A stretch of 63,704 bases of DNA, counting the filler, from Collodictyon triciliatum (lineage: Eukaryota), in the NCBI GenBank assembly GCA_043381765.1. It is 7 parts of 7 records of this genome, joined end to end, with 100 filler letters (N's around TTAATTAATTAA, not from the genome) between each part and the next. Parts side by side here need not be neighbours in the genome. Positions count along the whole stretch, not along the records: positions 32,872 to 43,718 come from JBHJMP010002548.1; positions 43,819 to 54,664 come from JBHJMP010002549.1; positions 54,765 to 60,846 come from JBHJMP010002597.1; 4 more parts are not named here. One strand, written 5' to 3'. Both the position numbers and the translations under genes were made by a program. Below the pieces are notes generated by a model that saw only the letters and a list, made by a program, of their open reading frames with translations, made no database searches and was not told the DNA's origin. Position 1 is the stretch's first letter; each line of letters begins with the position of its first letter. Below, one piece after another: positions 32,772 through 57,317 of the stretch.

Positions 32772-32871
32772 NNNNNNNNNNNNNNNNNNNNNNNNNNNNN
32801 NNNNNNNNNNNNNNNTTAATTAATTAANNNNNNNNNNNNNNNNNNNNNNNNNNNNNNNNNNNNNNNNNNNN
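32772..32871. other. Artificial contig linker
   Basis: N44-TTAATTAATTAA-N44. Confidence 0.97.
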
Positions 32872-32970
32872 ATAAAAATAAAAATAAAAATAAAAATAAA
32901 AATAAAAATAAAAATAAAAATAAAAATAAAAATAAAAATAAAAATAAAAATAAAAATAAAAATAAAAAAA
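32872..32970. repeat. (AAAAAT)n at contig start
   Basis: Directly visible. Confidence 0.95.
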
Positions 32971-33329
32971 CATCGCCATTATCATAATTGCTGCATTCCT
33001 ATTCACTTATGAGATTAAACTTTTTTTATAGGATTGAGCAGGTTGGCTTTACAATCCATATACACGCACTACTAAGGAGCATAACCAAGCTTGTGGATTT
33101 CATTAAGCCTCCCGGGTAGTTTGTTCAAAAATACAAACAACAATCTATTTTCGAAAACTTTTACAAATTGAATATAATTATGTAATACCAACTTCTACCA
33201 AAGAAAAAAATCAACCAATATTTCAACAAAGAGCACGCAATTTAAGCGCAATTTGAGACCATTTACATCCAGAAAAAAAAGAATAGCAAATGCATATTAT
33301 AATACATTTGAATTGATATATATTTAATA

Positions 33330-36300
33330 ATGGAAACCCTTGAAAGGGCAACTGATAATTATTTACTCAGAGTATACTTTGCTAGTTCACATATTTTATG
33401 TCTGTCCTTGGACAAAATTGCTTTAATAGTTCATTAATTATTTGACAAGCGGAGAGTAATATTGATATTTGCATCGACCAAAAATCATTTCGGGTAATAC
33501 GGGAAGCTCCAAAGCCAAAATGATGAGAAGGTACAAAAGTATAAAACAATATACACTCACGACCGAATTTGTATCAACCATATGAATATACTACAATATA
33601 TTATTATAGAGTCCCAATTTTTTTGATTATACTAAGATGAAAACGGGGGAAAAATTAAAAAGCGCACAACTTTCAATAAAAATAGATTTATTCACACAAT
33701 TCAACTTTACACTTCATAAAATTCTTCTTTACTTTTTTGGTTTATAAACTATACAAAGCTTCTTTGATCTGAATGTAAAAATCCATATCATAGTTCAATT
33801 TGGATTGGAAAAGAAAAACAAAAATCACTCATAAGCATAAGGAGTACGCTACCGCAATATGAATCCATCAGTGCGGTCTCCAAGAACGCCCCGTGTAAAT
33901 CAACCGACACCCTGCCCAGACATCACGAGAAGACCAAACTCAATGCATTCACAACCAAAGAATTACGTATTAGCAAAAGATAAATCTCCCTGCTACGCAG
34001 TTTATCGAAAAAAGGTTTTTTTTTTCTATTGAAGCTATCATTACAATCGAATATCCTCAACATATTAACAGACCATGAAAAAAAACCAAAAAAACCAAAA
34101 ACCAAAAACAACAACATATTAACAGACCAAATTTTGCCCCAAAGGATTCAGACGAGAGCATCTCGATTATGGATAAGGAGCCCCTTCTGGAAAAAGGTAT
34201 TGGACTAAACTCTTACCAACGAAGAGAAAATCCAGTACCACCCACACCAAGACAGCAAATTAATTCCAGGACTGTCCACTCAGATGTAGAAAACAATACG
34301 CAGGTGCATTCGTGTTAATTGGTATTTGTAATAAGCAATTTTTTTTATTCGAAAAAAAAAAAGACATTATTTGACTTTGAGTCTATTCGGTTACATAATA
34401 GGATGAAAGAATAGGAGCCAGTGATACTCACCAACGTAATGTATCACCACGAATTCACAAGAAGACTGTCAATAAATGCGATTTGCCCGGCGATCTTCAA
34501 CTCCAACCTCCTCCTAAATACAGCGTCGCTTTTCCAGACCTATACAAATTAAACAAACTCAATCCTATGACACCAAGATATAATATTAACACGCACCACC
34601 GAAAGAATACAAAAATACAGGACGAAATTCCAAAAAAGGTATGTAAAAGTAAAATAATACTCTGTTATCCCGGGTTCAAAGATTGCATTATAATGTATTT
34701 ACTTTTCTTTTATCCTCTTTCTTTTTACAGGAAATATCGTCCATATCTGACAGAAATGGCCACGGAATTCTTCCAAAAATAACTGAGTATTGCTTTTCAT
34801 TACCTGACACTGCAATTCCTGAAAATTACCATGTATACGAGGAAATATCCGATAGCATTACGGGGAGAGGTATTGCGGAAAATTTGAGGTGTATACTGAA
34901 GGTTTATTTGGTTCAACTATAACAAAAAAAATTATTCACATAATGAAATTTTATAGGGACAGGTCGCATGAGAAAAATATTCCCAACTGCTGAACCGAGC
35001 AACCGTTCTGAAGCTATAATGCTTCTAAAGTCATTTCAAAAAATGGTTACAGACAGCTCAGGTTTTATTCGCATATCCTTGGTATAATATTTATGGTGAA
35101 CAAAAATCATTTTGTAACCTATATAAAACCAACAGATTCCTTGGAAATGATACTAATATCATGTCAGTATTGTATGAATGAAGTTATGAGACAGGTTGAG
35201 CATGACTGATTTTTTTTACTGGGATTATTTTGGGGATCAATAATAAAATATAGGTATTTAAAGCAAAAACTGTAGGTTGGAGTTCATTGTATTGAAAGAA
35301 GTCAAGTGATTTCAAGTATATGGTCTAAATATTTAGAAATCACTAACACGGAGATACAAAATCTGAGAAAAAAATTGAATGAATCATCGGAACTCTTAGA
35401 AAAATTAAGGGAAGGTATGTTGCTTTCTTAAAATCTAATAGTAGCGCAAATAGTAACTAAAATATCATAATAGATAACTCAAACTTGGCAAATCAATTTG
35501 AAAAATACAAGAAAGAGCAGACAGATTCTATGGAAAAATTGAAGCACAAAATTTTAAGGTTATTAATAAATCAACATATATTAAATTAAGTTTACTAACC
35601 ATTTTCGACATCAAAGGGTTCAAAAAGAAAATGAATCTAATAAGGAAAAAGTTGAAAATTTCAACAAAGAAAGAGAAGAATTTTTAAAAATAAAGCGAAA
35701 GAACGAGGAGTACATGAATATAATAACCAGGGTTCAAGAAATTTTTAAAAAAATAGGTATTGAAATGCAATTTTGATTGAAAAGTACAGCCATTAATAGT
35801 AAACATACAGGTGGAAGCTACAGTATTATCAAAACAAGTGATTTCATTCAAATTAATGAAGATGTACCAAATTTCGACTCTTCTTTGGACAGAAAATTGA
35901 ATTCGATAAATCATAATTCGGTTGTTATTGATACCATAAACACAGTAATAATCAATCAAAATAAAGTGAAGTTCATTTTGACTTTAAAAGTAAATATTAT
36001 GAACCTAATATTCTGTGTCTATATAGGCTGACATAATTGGAAATCTGATGGAGAACAAAAAGGCTCATCATGAATGTGATTCAAAGTCCAGTACTGGACA
36101 CAGCCAGCTAGAAAGATCACAAGATGTACGAAATTAATGCTGGGTTATTTTTTTTTTAAAATTCTAATAAAATGGCACAGAATACGTGGGAAACATCCAC
36201 AGACTCTTTTCAATGGACCTGGAGTAAAGTTATATGCAGATATAGAAAACGTATCGATTAGCAATAAACAATATACAATCAGCAATAAAATACGACATTA

Positions 36301-38305
36301 ATTAGTAAAGAAAATTGTATTTAAGCATATAGTTTTTTTTTTACTTAGCTAAAAAAACAATATAGCTTCACATCAAGTTCCATCAGAGCCTACTCTCTAC
36401 AGATTTATCATAGAAACCTATCAGGATAATACTCAAGAAAATATTCATGGTGAGGGTGAAAATACTCAAAAACCTTTCCCCGAATATTTTTTTGAATACT
36501 TGATCAAAAAGTACGGCATAAGGAGCGTTGCCGAGCAGGTTTTTTGTTCAATAAAATTTCATCATAAAGTTATTTGAATTTAATATTTTATGGTTAATTA
36601 CGAAACAATCTATATAGAATCTGGTAGATATTGTTGAATCCTGCAAAATTCATGAAAAGGCTAATTCAAGAGTAAAGTATTTCTCATCTCTAATTCAGGC
36701 CAATTCTTGGATGACTGGATCTCAAAACAAATTTTTCTTGTAATGAAATTATGAATCCATACACATTTATTTATCCACTCATACTTTAAGGATTTCGTAA
36801 ATGAAAATAGAAGCTACTCAAGTTTCGATTAAATTTTAAAAAAAAATCAAGAGTTTGAAAATACTTTCGATTTTTTAGAGACTTAGTAAAGGCAGTTTTT
36901 ATCGAAGAACAAGGAGTTTCATTTCAAATTTTGACGGATGGAAGGTTTTTCTTTTGACCAGATCGAATATGAATTAAACTTTCGCACAATATATCTTGCG
37001 TAGAAATATTTTTCCCTTAATAATGTATATGAATCGAAAGAATGCTTATCGACGTGTCAAGAGCTTTTCACATCATCGAAAATCGATTTTACCACGCAAT
37101 ATTCGCCTCTACAGAAGAAATTAAAAAAAATGTTCAAGAGAAATCTTTCAAAGTATCTATAGCAGAGTAATGTCATTGATGATTATAGTTGAAACAAAAT
37201 CGATTTTAGTTTATCAAAAATTTATCAGTAGGATTAACTTTAAACAATTAAATAGTGCCCCAAAAGACGAAAGAGAATCTAAAATCAAAAGCAGACGCTC
37301 AATGGTCGGTACTTTATTCACTCTAATATGGTCATCAGAATAAGATATTTTCCTTGAAAAATAATTTTGATTTTCTTACAGCAATACTCTGGGGACCAGC
37401 CTGGTGTATTCGATGTCATAGATTTTGATGATTTTTTAGACATAGCGATGAAATATCTTAAACTAGAATCGGAATACTCCAGTGCTTACATAGAAGGGCT
37501 ATTTTTGTCCATATCCAAGAATTGTAACGACTTGGTCAGCTACGAAGAAACTCAATTGGTCATTAAATTCATCAACCAGAGCGTGCCAGAGCGATATGTA
37601 AGGACAGATAGCCTTTAAATGATTTCTCTTCTAGTACCTATTCGATTACAGCAGTATTCCTAACAACACCTACAGATAGGGACTCTTTTCACAATATCTT
37701 TGGTGGCCTCTGGGGATGAATGCTTGAGACTGGAGTCGCTCATGAAATACATATCCACGGAAAAACTAACTTTTTTCCAATTTCAGAATAAATCATCTTT
37801 CCTTGATGGTAATAAGGTTAGTCTTTTATTTTGGGTGAATCGCCTTTCATCATTTTCACGTCTTTTGAGCTTTGGGTCGAACTTGTAATGATTTCATTAA
37901 ATTGAACAGTTTTTTTTTAAAGTAAATGAACAAAAAAATATGTAGAAACTGAAGCAACTAGAAAAAATGTGGAAGGTTGCGTTACCCCTTCTCGATTCTC
38001 AAAGCAATATGGTTCAAAATGACACAACAAATACTCTTCATTTTGCTTTGGCATCGCAAAGGGCTGTAGCTCAATTGAAAAAGGTTATTCCTATTACTGA
38101 TGCCGCACTTATATTGAATATCACGCATGAATTTGATTCAATTTTCAGAATACATGTATTTTGGAATGTGTGATTTAACTCGATTTACAAAAAACAGATA
38201 TTTAAGGAAGCACATGGTCAAGTATCAATTGAAACGGCTGAGCCTTACTTTAGGCAGGCCATCACGATGTTTATTCTTCATCAGAGAAAATTAGCGACAT
38301 CATAG
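33330..38305 (+). CDS. Axonemal dynein light chain (p28/AXDND1-like) domain protein with coiled coil and TSNAXIP1-like/EF-hand-like C-terminus; start uncertain
   Basis: KIFPTAEPSNRSEAIMLLKSFQKM and NEVMRQVGVHCIERSQVISSIWSKY resemble the Ax_dynein_light motif (ELIRQVxxxCxERG); FPEYFFEYLIKKYGIRSVAEQNLVDIVESC; VIDFDDFLDI; stop at 38303-38305. Confidence 0.7.
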
Positions 38306-38807
38306 AAGGGATTAAAGAAGGAAACTTGGAAAAGGAAGCCAGTGTTTTGAGTGTATAAAATCTATATATTTATTTTCTTATTATTTCAGAGTTTTTTTTT
38401 TTTTACTCATAGCAGTATTGCGTTTAATCTTTTTCCTTCGAATTAGAATACTTTTTTTTGAAGAAGACTAACGCCATGAGTAAAGTGTTTTGAAGAAAAA
38501 AAGCTGGTAACAACATTTTTTTTTGACTTTAGATTGTTGCGAGCATTCATCAAATTTTCCGACCATGCTTTTTTTTTTCCCTCTTCAACTCATACATCCG
38601 ATCTAGGCCTTTCGTGTATATAATGCTTTCAAAAATATGTTCCAATTCCTTTCCTGATGATAAAGCGTTTCAATCCCCCATGAAATCCTAATAGGAAGAC
38701 AAGCCATCATTGCGATTATCACTTTTTTCTTTATGTGTCCCGACACTCAAGCAGGACCAATCGTTACATATATATTTCTTTTTAAGTGATATCAAGAGAT
38801 AATTGAC

Positions 38808-38969
38808 AAAAGATAATAGATAATAGATAAAAGATAAAGGATAAAAGATAAAGGATAAAAGATAAAGGATAAAAGATAAAAGATAAAAGATAAAAGATAA
38901 AAGATAAAAGATAAAAGATAAAAGATAAAAGATAAAAGATAAAAGATAAAAGATAAAAGATAAAAGATA
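38808..38969. repeat. (AAAAGAT)n microsatellite
   Basis: Directly visible. Confidence 0.95.
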
Positions 38970-39543
38970 ATTCTATTTGTAAATAAAATGACTTGGCGCT
39001 CCCAGGTCAGTGCATTAATTTCTTACAATTCTAATCCTAACAATATTATATTCTCATTCATCAACATTACACAAATTTTGTACATATTGGTGCACCTCTT
39101 TTTTTTTTTTTTTTTAATTGCGCCGATGGAAAATGCGAATCCAAAACGATTACCGTTTTCTATCGATCGAGCAAGAAATAGATATATTCGCACACCGAAG
39201 GTCGGAGGAGAAATGTATAAGGTCATAAGGCTTTTGGTAGGAGTGTAATGCTTGGTATTTCAAAATATCACATAATCCCATCTAAGTGGCGCACGCTCAA
39301 AATTTTTTTCTTATTGTAAATAGGGGTATGCGAAGTATAAAGGGGACAATATTATATATGGCTTTTTTTTCTACTTTTGAAATGCATAATTTAGGACTTT
39401 TTCCTTTATCTTTATATCATAAAAGACACTATTCATATATGCCTTTTTTTTTTGAAAAATTACATTTGAAATTGTGTACCAAGAAACCAGAAACCAGTTA
39501 TGAAGACATGCATAATATATTCATATTGCAAGACTATTGGGGT

Positions 39544-42500
39544 TTATTGAACGTTTTCTTCGTCTTTCATCTCAGATGTTGGGTCCTCATTTAATGCATT
39601 CAGAAACGAGTTTGGAAAATGCGCCGATAGGAGTTCAAATAATTCCCTGTATCCGCCACTACGACATGTAAATATGAGACAACTGAAATACCGAATGCAA
39701 ATTACAAGGGGTCCTTGATATTCATTCGATTATTTTTGTTTCTAATCTGACAACAATATTATGAAAAAGGAAATCTTTTAAAATTAATCCTATAGAAAAA
39801 AGCAGTGATTTTGTACTTATAATTAATTTAATTAGTATAATAAGAACAAATTAAGGGTGCTAATTATTGTTCGAAGCACTTTACTATTACGTACCATGAT
39901 TGTTTTTCCAAAAATTGCATGTATGTAGGGACTAAAGATGGGCTTGATGATAGTAATCTAAATATCACATCAGAACGAAGCAGTAGCGTGGCGATCTATA
40001 ATGTTACAATGTAATCTAATATTATTTTCATTTTGAATAACTTTTATTAATATTGTTACAAATCAAAAAAAAAATTGAAGCCATCGAAGAAGATTGTCAG
40101 CTATCAGTGGGAAGAATGCAAGCAATATTTGAGCAATATTTATTCAAATGAGCGAATAAACAATCCATCAATTTATTAATTTATTTTAAAAAATAGATGA
40201 TTACCTTGAGACTGTAATCACTCCATCCATTTGCTAAAAACTCTTGCAGGAAAAACCTAATGGAATAAAAAGAAGGTAAATCAATATCTAATGATGAATA
40301 TTCCGAATATAGGTGCGATTATATTACTCAAGAATTTGGTAAATGTCTGCGGGGTCCTCGTTATCGGATGAAAAGCTGGAATGTAAGTCGCTCTCATAAT
40401 CTTCGGATACTGAAAGGCGGTCAAGGTGTTCCCTAGATGACCTTTCAACGAGTGACATGTTCATGTAAGTTACTAATGGCAGTAGATATTACAAGATTTG
40501 AAAAACATACATAATTTTTTCTATAGACGACCGATATTTTAGGCGTAAAAAAGGAATTTTTTTTAAATTGGTTCCTTCGTTGTCAATAACACTAGTTTAG
40601 ACCCATACACTCGAGCTGATGAAAAATTGGCAGATAACTGTGAAAGAGTTGGCGATGCTGTCGGTATAGGATTCTCTGCTTCAGGGTGATATGGATTAAA
40701 AGTGTTCAATGAATTTCATCAAAAAAAAACAAAAAACGGAAAAAACAATAAATTAATAAACGATCAAGATAATATCACTAAAACACACAAAGACATACAA
40801 AAAACACTAAAGAAAAGAATCAGAAAAGAATCAGAAAAGAATCAGAAAAGAATCAGAAAAGAATCAGAAAAGAATCAGAAAAGAATAAGAAAAGAATCAG
40901 AAAAGAATAAGACAAGAAAATGAAAAAGAAAAGGAAAAAGAAGACAGACGTGGGATGTCGTGTATTTTAAAGAACAAACCATCAGATATCAACAAAGCAG
41001 CCCAATGGTCCCCATTAAGTGACTCTGGGTATTGTATCATAGTTTGTTCATGCAGAGTGTGAAGAGTTTCCTCAAAATCATCAGATATGATTGGTATTCT
41101 GCGAAATTTACAAGTATATTTATCACATCATCGATGAAAAGAATAAGAGATATATTCATGGACAATACTAAGGTATTGTAATTCAGGATTCACTAATAGT
41201 ATTTCCTGTAAGAAATCCTTATCAAATCAAATTCATATTATTAATTGATGCGCCATTTTCTTCCAAACTGAAAGGATTTAAAAAATTACTGCTCCTTTTG
41301 TAAGATTGTTCTAATGTTCATGTTCACTTTTCTGGAAAATTCACTCAAAGAAACCAATCTGTACGACCGAAGCAGACTTTTTGCGTGGTTTCGCAGAACA
41401 GATTCAACAGCAAAAAGTACATCTTCATGCTGAATCAAAGAGTGAAGTTTCTTTTATTGATATGAACATTTCAAAAGAGTTGGTACAAAATCACACGTAT
41501 AGAGTATGAGAAAGTTGTATCAAATACCGCAAGACCATCAATGTTTGATCCCTTCTGAATTGGAGGAAGAAGACTTTGGCTGTAGAAAAAACAGGTAAGA
41601 ACAAGCATTTAAAATGGGGGGGGGGGGTTATTAACTCAAGAATTTATGAGAGAAAATACAACGGTGCTCATTAGCCGCGGTGATTACCTTTGATTTCTCT
41701 TCGCAAGCTGATACGAATCAATTCAATCATTTAAGAGTTTGATTATTCTCAAAATAAATTTTTAGGTAGCTTAATGATGTTATTTAAAAATATACACGAA
41801 GGAAAATAAGTGTGCATTACAATTTCCTCGATTCTATTCGATGGTTTCTTTGGTCCTGTTGTTTTTTCATATTTTACAGCCCTTTCGTGTCCTATTTTGG
41901 TAGATGAGCAGTTAAAAATACTATCATAGATATTCAAATCTTATTCCGCCCCTCTTTTTTTTCTTTTTTTTTTCGAATGTCATCGTTTTTTTTTTGTTTA
42001 AGAGACAAATATTGATTTTTAACAACGGTATGATTTTATGAAGAATACAGGTGCAATCAGTGGAGTAACATAAATTTCTGAGAAGGATAAAAAAAAGACA
42101 AGAAATATTATCATCGGTGATAAAGTACCATCCAACGCATTCAAAAATCGAAGAATGTCCCTCGCAAGCTAGGCATCATATAATTTATATAGAATAATTA
42201 ATATATGCCTCTTATAAAGCTCATTTCTCGGCAACAAGCATATAAATGGTTGAAAATGAGAAAAAGAATGAAATTTGGAGAAAAAGGAGACTGTCTTCAA
42301 ATTTTAATACTGTTTGATCAATCTGTAATGCATGGATGTGTTACTTGATATTCATTCTGCTGAAGGGAGCTTTCAAGTAATCTTATGGCGCATCGATTGG
42401 TTACAAGTTGACCTTCAACATTTCGGAGTATGATCAAATAAGATGCAGCTGTTGCTAGGGGTCTAGAAAGCAAGCATCTCTAATGGATTTTTTTATATCA

Positions 42501-43578
42501 TCAATGTTAGATTAAGATTCTTAAAAAGAGTTCACATGTGTGCGACATTACACTAAACTGGCACATTAATACATGACAATTTAACTACCTCGTAGAGGGC
42601 TTTTGGACTTCCAACACATTTAAATATATGTCCCCAATGTGATATATCTGTCTTGCGTGTGCAATGCACAACGATATCTGGAAACTGTGGAAACTGCTTC
42701 AATAAACTTACTGCCCGATGGAGACTTGAATCCTCTGAAGTTTCATATTATTTTTGGTGTATAAAACTCTTCAATACAAGAAGAAAGAAAATTATCGAAA
42801 AGAATTTTATTCAATATAAAGAAGGTATACATTTTTTTTAAGGAAATCAAAGTGAAGAAAAGAAGGAGAAAGAAGGAGAAAGAAGGAGAAAGAAGGAGAA
42901 AGAAGGAGAAAGAAGGAGAAAGAAGGAGAAAGAAGGAGAAAGAAGGAGAAAGAAGAAAATCTGGAAAGAACAGATACTTAAAACTTTATTTTTTCAAATT
43001 CATCAATTAATCATATTATAAAAGCCTTCTAGGTATAAGTAGGCCATTTTTGAATTGTAATAAGGCTTCGAAGAAAAAAGGAAATGATTAAGGGGTGACC
43101 TGGAATACTTCGGGCGAGAGAAAGAGTTTGCTCTTCTAAAGCTTCATGGAGCAATAGCTCAAGTGAATGAGAGAATTGAAGACATCCCGACCATTTTTGA
43201 GCAATCTTTCAAAAAAATAATATAATTTTGGGTAAAGATTTCCACGTGATGGACAGAAAATCAAAACTGATCTTGTCCAATAACATTTCATATTCCACTT
43301 TTTTTTCATGAAATTAAATCTTGTTTATTAAAGGGAAATTCTAATACGATACCAGATGAGCCTTTTCTATTTGATTAGATATAAGGTATTTCTTGAGAAT
43401 GCTATTGAGAAACGGATGCATCTAAAAAAAAAAAATAAAGAATATCAAATCTCGTGAGCAAAGACATGAATAATAATACATACCCTTGGTTGTATCTCAT
43501 AAAAAGGAACTGAGGAACCACAGGGATAAGAAATTCCTTGTGTGAACCCTACGATCACACCGAGTTCCGGGAGGATTC
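39544..43578 (-). CDS. RIC1: RIC1 (Rab6/Ypt6 GEF subunit), C-terminal half; 5' part lost at contig break
   Basis: FSHSLELLLHEALEEQ, QFPQFPDIVVHCTRKTDISHWGHIFKCVGSPKALYERCL, LATAASYLIILRNVE match the RIC1 domain; stop at 39544-39546. Confidence 0.92.
40811..40915. repeat. (AGAAAAGAATC)n intronic minisatellite
   Basis: Directly visible. Confidence 0.9.
42861..42955. repeat. (AGAAGGAGAA)n intronic minisatellite
   Basis: Directly visible. Confidence 0.95.
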
Positions 43579-43643
43579 CTGCAGAAAAAAATAGTTGTAG
43601 ATAAACAGAAAAGTAAAGAATGAGATTCAGGGGGACCATATCT

Positions 43644-43718
43644 AAACAAAACAAAACAAAACAAAACAAAACAAAACAAAACAAAACAAAACAAAACAAA
43701 ACAAAACAAAACAAAACA
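43644..43718. repeat. (AAAAC)n at contig end
   Basis: Directly visible. Confidence 0.95.
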
Positions 43719-43818
43719 NNNNNNNNNNNNNNNNNNNNNNNNNNNNNNNNNNNNNNNNNNNNTTAATTAATTAANNNNNNNNNNNNNNNNNNNNNNNNNN
43801 NNNNNNNNNNNNNNNNNN
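43719..43818. other. Artificial contig linker
   Basis: N44-TTAATTAATTAA-N44. Confidence 0.97.
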
Positions 43819-43916
43819 AAAGAAAAGAAAAGAAAAGAAAAGAAAAGAAAAGAAAAGAAAAGAAAAGAAAAGAAAAGAAAAGAAAAGAAAAGAAAAGAAA
43901 AGAAAAGAAAAGAAAA
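43819..43916. repeat. (AAAAG)n at contig start
   Basis: Directly visible. Confidence 0.95.
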
Positions 43917-43960
43917 GTAGAACATATAATGTTAAATTTCGTTTCTGTAGGCCGACTAAC

Positions 43961-54206
<10,246 letters not shown>

Positions 54207-54367
54207 GAAAAGCCTTAACCCTGCGAGGATTGCGCACGTGCGTTGTTTCAGCATATTAGAGGAAATGTGAGACAAAGATAGGAGGACTTTAGCATGTCAT
54301 GATTCATTCCACACTGAAAACATCTCACTGCTAAGGTGGCCAGTAAAACACAGTGAGATCAGAAGGG

Positions 54368-54415
<48 letters not shown>

Positions 54416-54664
54416 AAAAGAAAAAAAAAAAGAAAAAGAAAAAGAAAAAGAAAAAGAAAAAGAAAAAGAAAAAGAAAAAGAAAAAGAAAAAGAATAGGAA
54501 AAAGAATAGGAAAAAGAATAGGAAAAAGAATAGGAAAAAGAATAGAAAAAGAATAGAAAAAGAATAGAAAAAGAAAAGAAAAAGAAAAAGAAAAAGAAAA
54601 AGAAAAGAAAAAGAAAAAGAAAAGAAAAAGAAAAAGAAAAGAAAAAGAATAAGAAAAAGAGAAG
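54368..54664. repeat. Poly(A) + (AAAAAG)n + (AAAAAGAATAGG)n upstream of RME-8
   Basis: Directly visible. Confidence 0.9.
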
Positions 54665-54764
54665 NNNNNNNNNNNNNNNNNNNNNNNNNNNNNNNNNNNN
54701 NNNNNNNNTTAATTAATTAANNNNNNNNNNNNNNNNNNNNNNNNNNNNNNNNNNNNNNNNNNNN
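54665..54764. other. Artificial contig linker
   Basis: N44-TTAATTAATTAA-N44. Confidence 0.97.
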
Positions 54765-54794
54765 TCTTTTTTTTTTTTTTCTTTTTTTTTTTTT

Positions 54795-54834
<40 letters not shown>

Positions 54835-54870
54835 CCTTTTTTTCCTTTTTTTCCTTTTTTTTTTCAGTTC

Positions 54871-57241
54871 TTAAATTGGGAGGGGAACTGCGCGCAAATC
54901 CTTCACAAGCAGCATCACAACAGCCACTAACACGAACGGGGCAACGAGAATCCACTACGGCCAACAAATTGATGAGGGGAATGAAGAGGAAAAAAGTAAT
55001 TAAACATAACATTGCGACAGGTTTCCTTCTGTCGGGCCCGAATAGATTTTTGCATATAGATAATCTTCTTTTTTTTTTTTTTCAACACTCCAGTGTGAGA
55101 TTTTGTGATGTTGTTGTTTTCTTACAATTCGGTTGTATCCAGAAACAAGATGCATACTTTGCAAAGTAAAAATGAAAAAGTACCTTGAACGTCTTGTAGA
55201 ACCGAACATTGAAGCTCAGGGATATGTAATCAGTAAAGACTTGAGCAAATTTGTTCTTCATGACAAGTTGGATGGTAGATATCGATCTTGTAGGGGGGAT
55301 GGAGAATTCTCGGGAATGGAATCCGGCCTAGGCAGAAATGACAGAAGGGAATGAAGATGACGCCTTTAATTATCATTTTCATATTTGTGGTAATGCAGCC
55401 TATGTACACAAAATGCGTGTGGTAATTATGTGATTTGATTTGATTTGATTTGATTTGATTTGATTTGATTTGATTTGATTTGATTTGATTTGATTTGATT
55501 TGATTTGATTTGATTTGTCCATAAGTTGACTCGTTTTTTTCTAATTTTGGCTTACTCTTGTCATGTTCTCTGAATAGAGCACTCGGTCACCAAGAAGAAT
55601 CTATAATACTTTTTACTGTAAGAGGTATGTAATGAATTTTTCCCGCATCTATAGAGCATTCGAATTGAGCTCATTCGTATACTTGAACATAATTCCAAGG
55701 TCACTGCAGTATTCAATCATGTGAAATTAAAATATTAGAGTTTTCCCAATCATGAAAAAAAACCTTGACTTCGTAGTGGCGTTTTGAACCTTTCACCCGC
55801 GGAGCTTTGTCGACTATTTCAAACTCTAAAAGCATTCGATCGCCCTATTCAAAATAGAGAAGAAAAAAGAATCATCTAAAAACTTCGCCAGTGCGTAGAC
55901 GTATATTCTCAATAGTGGTACATGAACCCTAATATTGCGCTATGCAGTTTCGAGATTGAAAAGTCATTATTTAAACCAGCGAGTTGGGCCTTCGGAATGA
56001 GATTTATGTGGAGAAACTATTAATGGAATAGATACCTTAATATCTCTATAATAGCGGTTATTCTGTGCGATGCAGATTCCTTGGTATGTCTCTTTATGGG
56101 CAAATACATTTCCATTATCAATCGACTCGATACTTTGGGAAATAGAGTTTTAGTCAATATTGAAAATATCGATAAAATAAGTATATGTATATGTTGATTT
56201 TTTCTTCCTTTATCAATTAAAAATAACTCTTATCAACATAATAATTGCACAAATATATAAATTATGAAAACAAAAACGAAGAAGCCTTCCATTTGTATTA
56301 TTTTTCTTCAACGTTGTATTGGAAATAGGAAGAAAAGGTGCAGTTTAGCATTATATCGTTATCACGCACATGGTATTTAATGGGTGATATGGCATTTGTG
56401 TAGAGAAGACGAATATGTTTCCATTCATCGTTGAAACAAGTAGATCCAATTTCCCGTCATCGTTGAAATCGTCGGCCAAGACTTGTGAAAAACTAAGATG
56501 AATTGAACTAAATTCAAGAGAACAGGAACATGAAGAAGATGAATAAGAAACATATGTTAAAACATCCACTATGATTAGACATATCAATTCATATCAAACT
56601 TAAATGCTAACCTTGTTTCGCCAATATCCACCCTATCGAAACAACCTGTATTTCCATCTACGATATATAAGTACCCATCAAATGAGGGGACGACGATGTA
56701 AGGCTCTTTCTATCATTTACGAATAAACTTTATTAATTGGTTTGAAAATGTATCTTCCACATTCAAAAAAAAAAAAAAAGGCCGAGCGCAATTTTATCTC
56801 ATCAGAAAGAGCAAGAATTTTGTGCAGCATTCTGATAAGTGATGCCCATATTTTAACTTTAAGCAGACCTTTTTTTCCTTAAGCCTCACAAGAGACGAAG
56901 GAGACATTATTTTTCCTCCAGTTTTTAGGGGGAAATTAGGTAAAATCTGCCCGTTGTCGGCACGCCTAGAGATATTTACAGACAAGGCCCCTTTATAAAA
57001 ATACATTCAATATTTTAAAATATAATATAGGAAAGAAGAACTTACAGCGCCCACAAAAATCCTGTATCTGATCCAAAGACCAGATCAACTTGTCCATCGC
57101 CATTTACATCGCCAACAACCGCAACCTTTTTGGTCAAATTGGATATGGTTTTAACTTTGGTTTTCTGTAGTCGATATCATTTCAAAGGGGTTGAGGATAG
57201 ATTCCAATGTTTCGTCACACATGCAGCAGCAGCAACAACAA

Positions 57242-57317
<76 letters not shown>

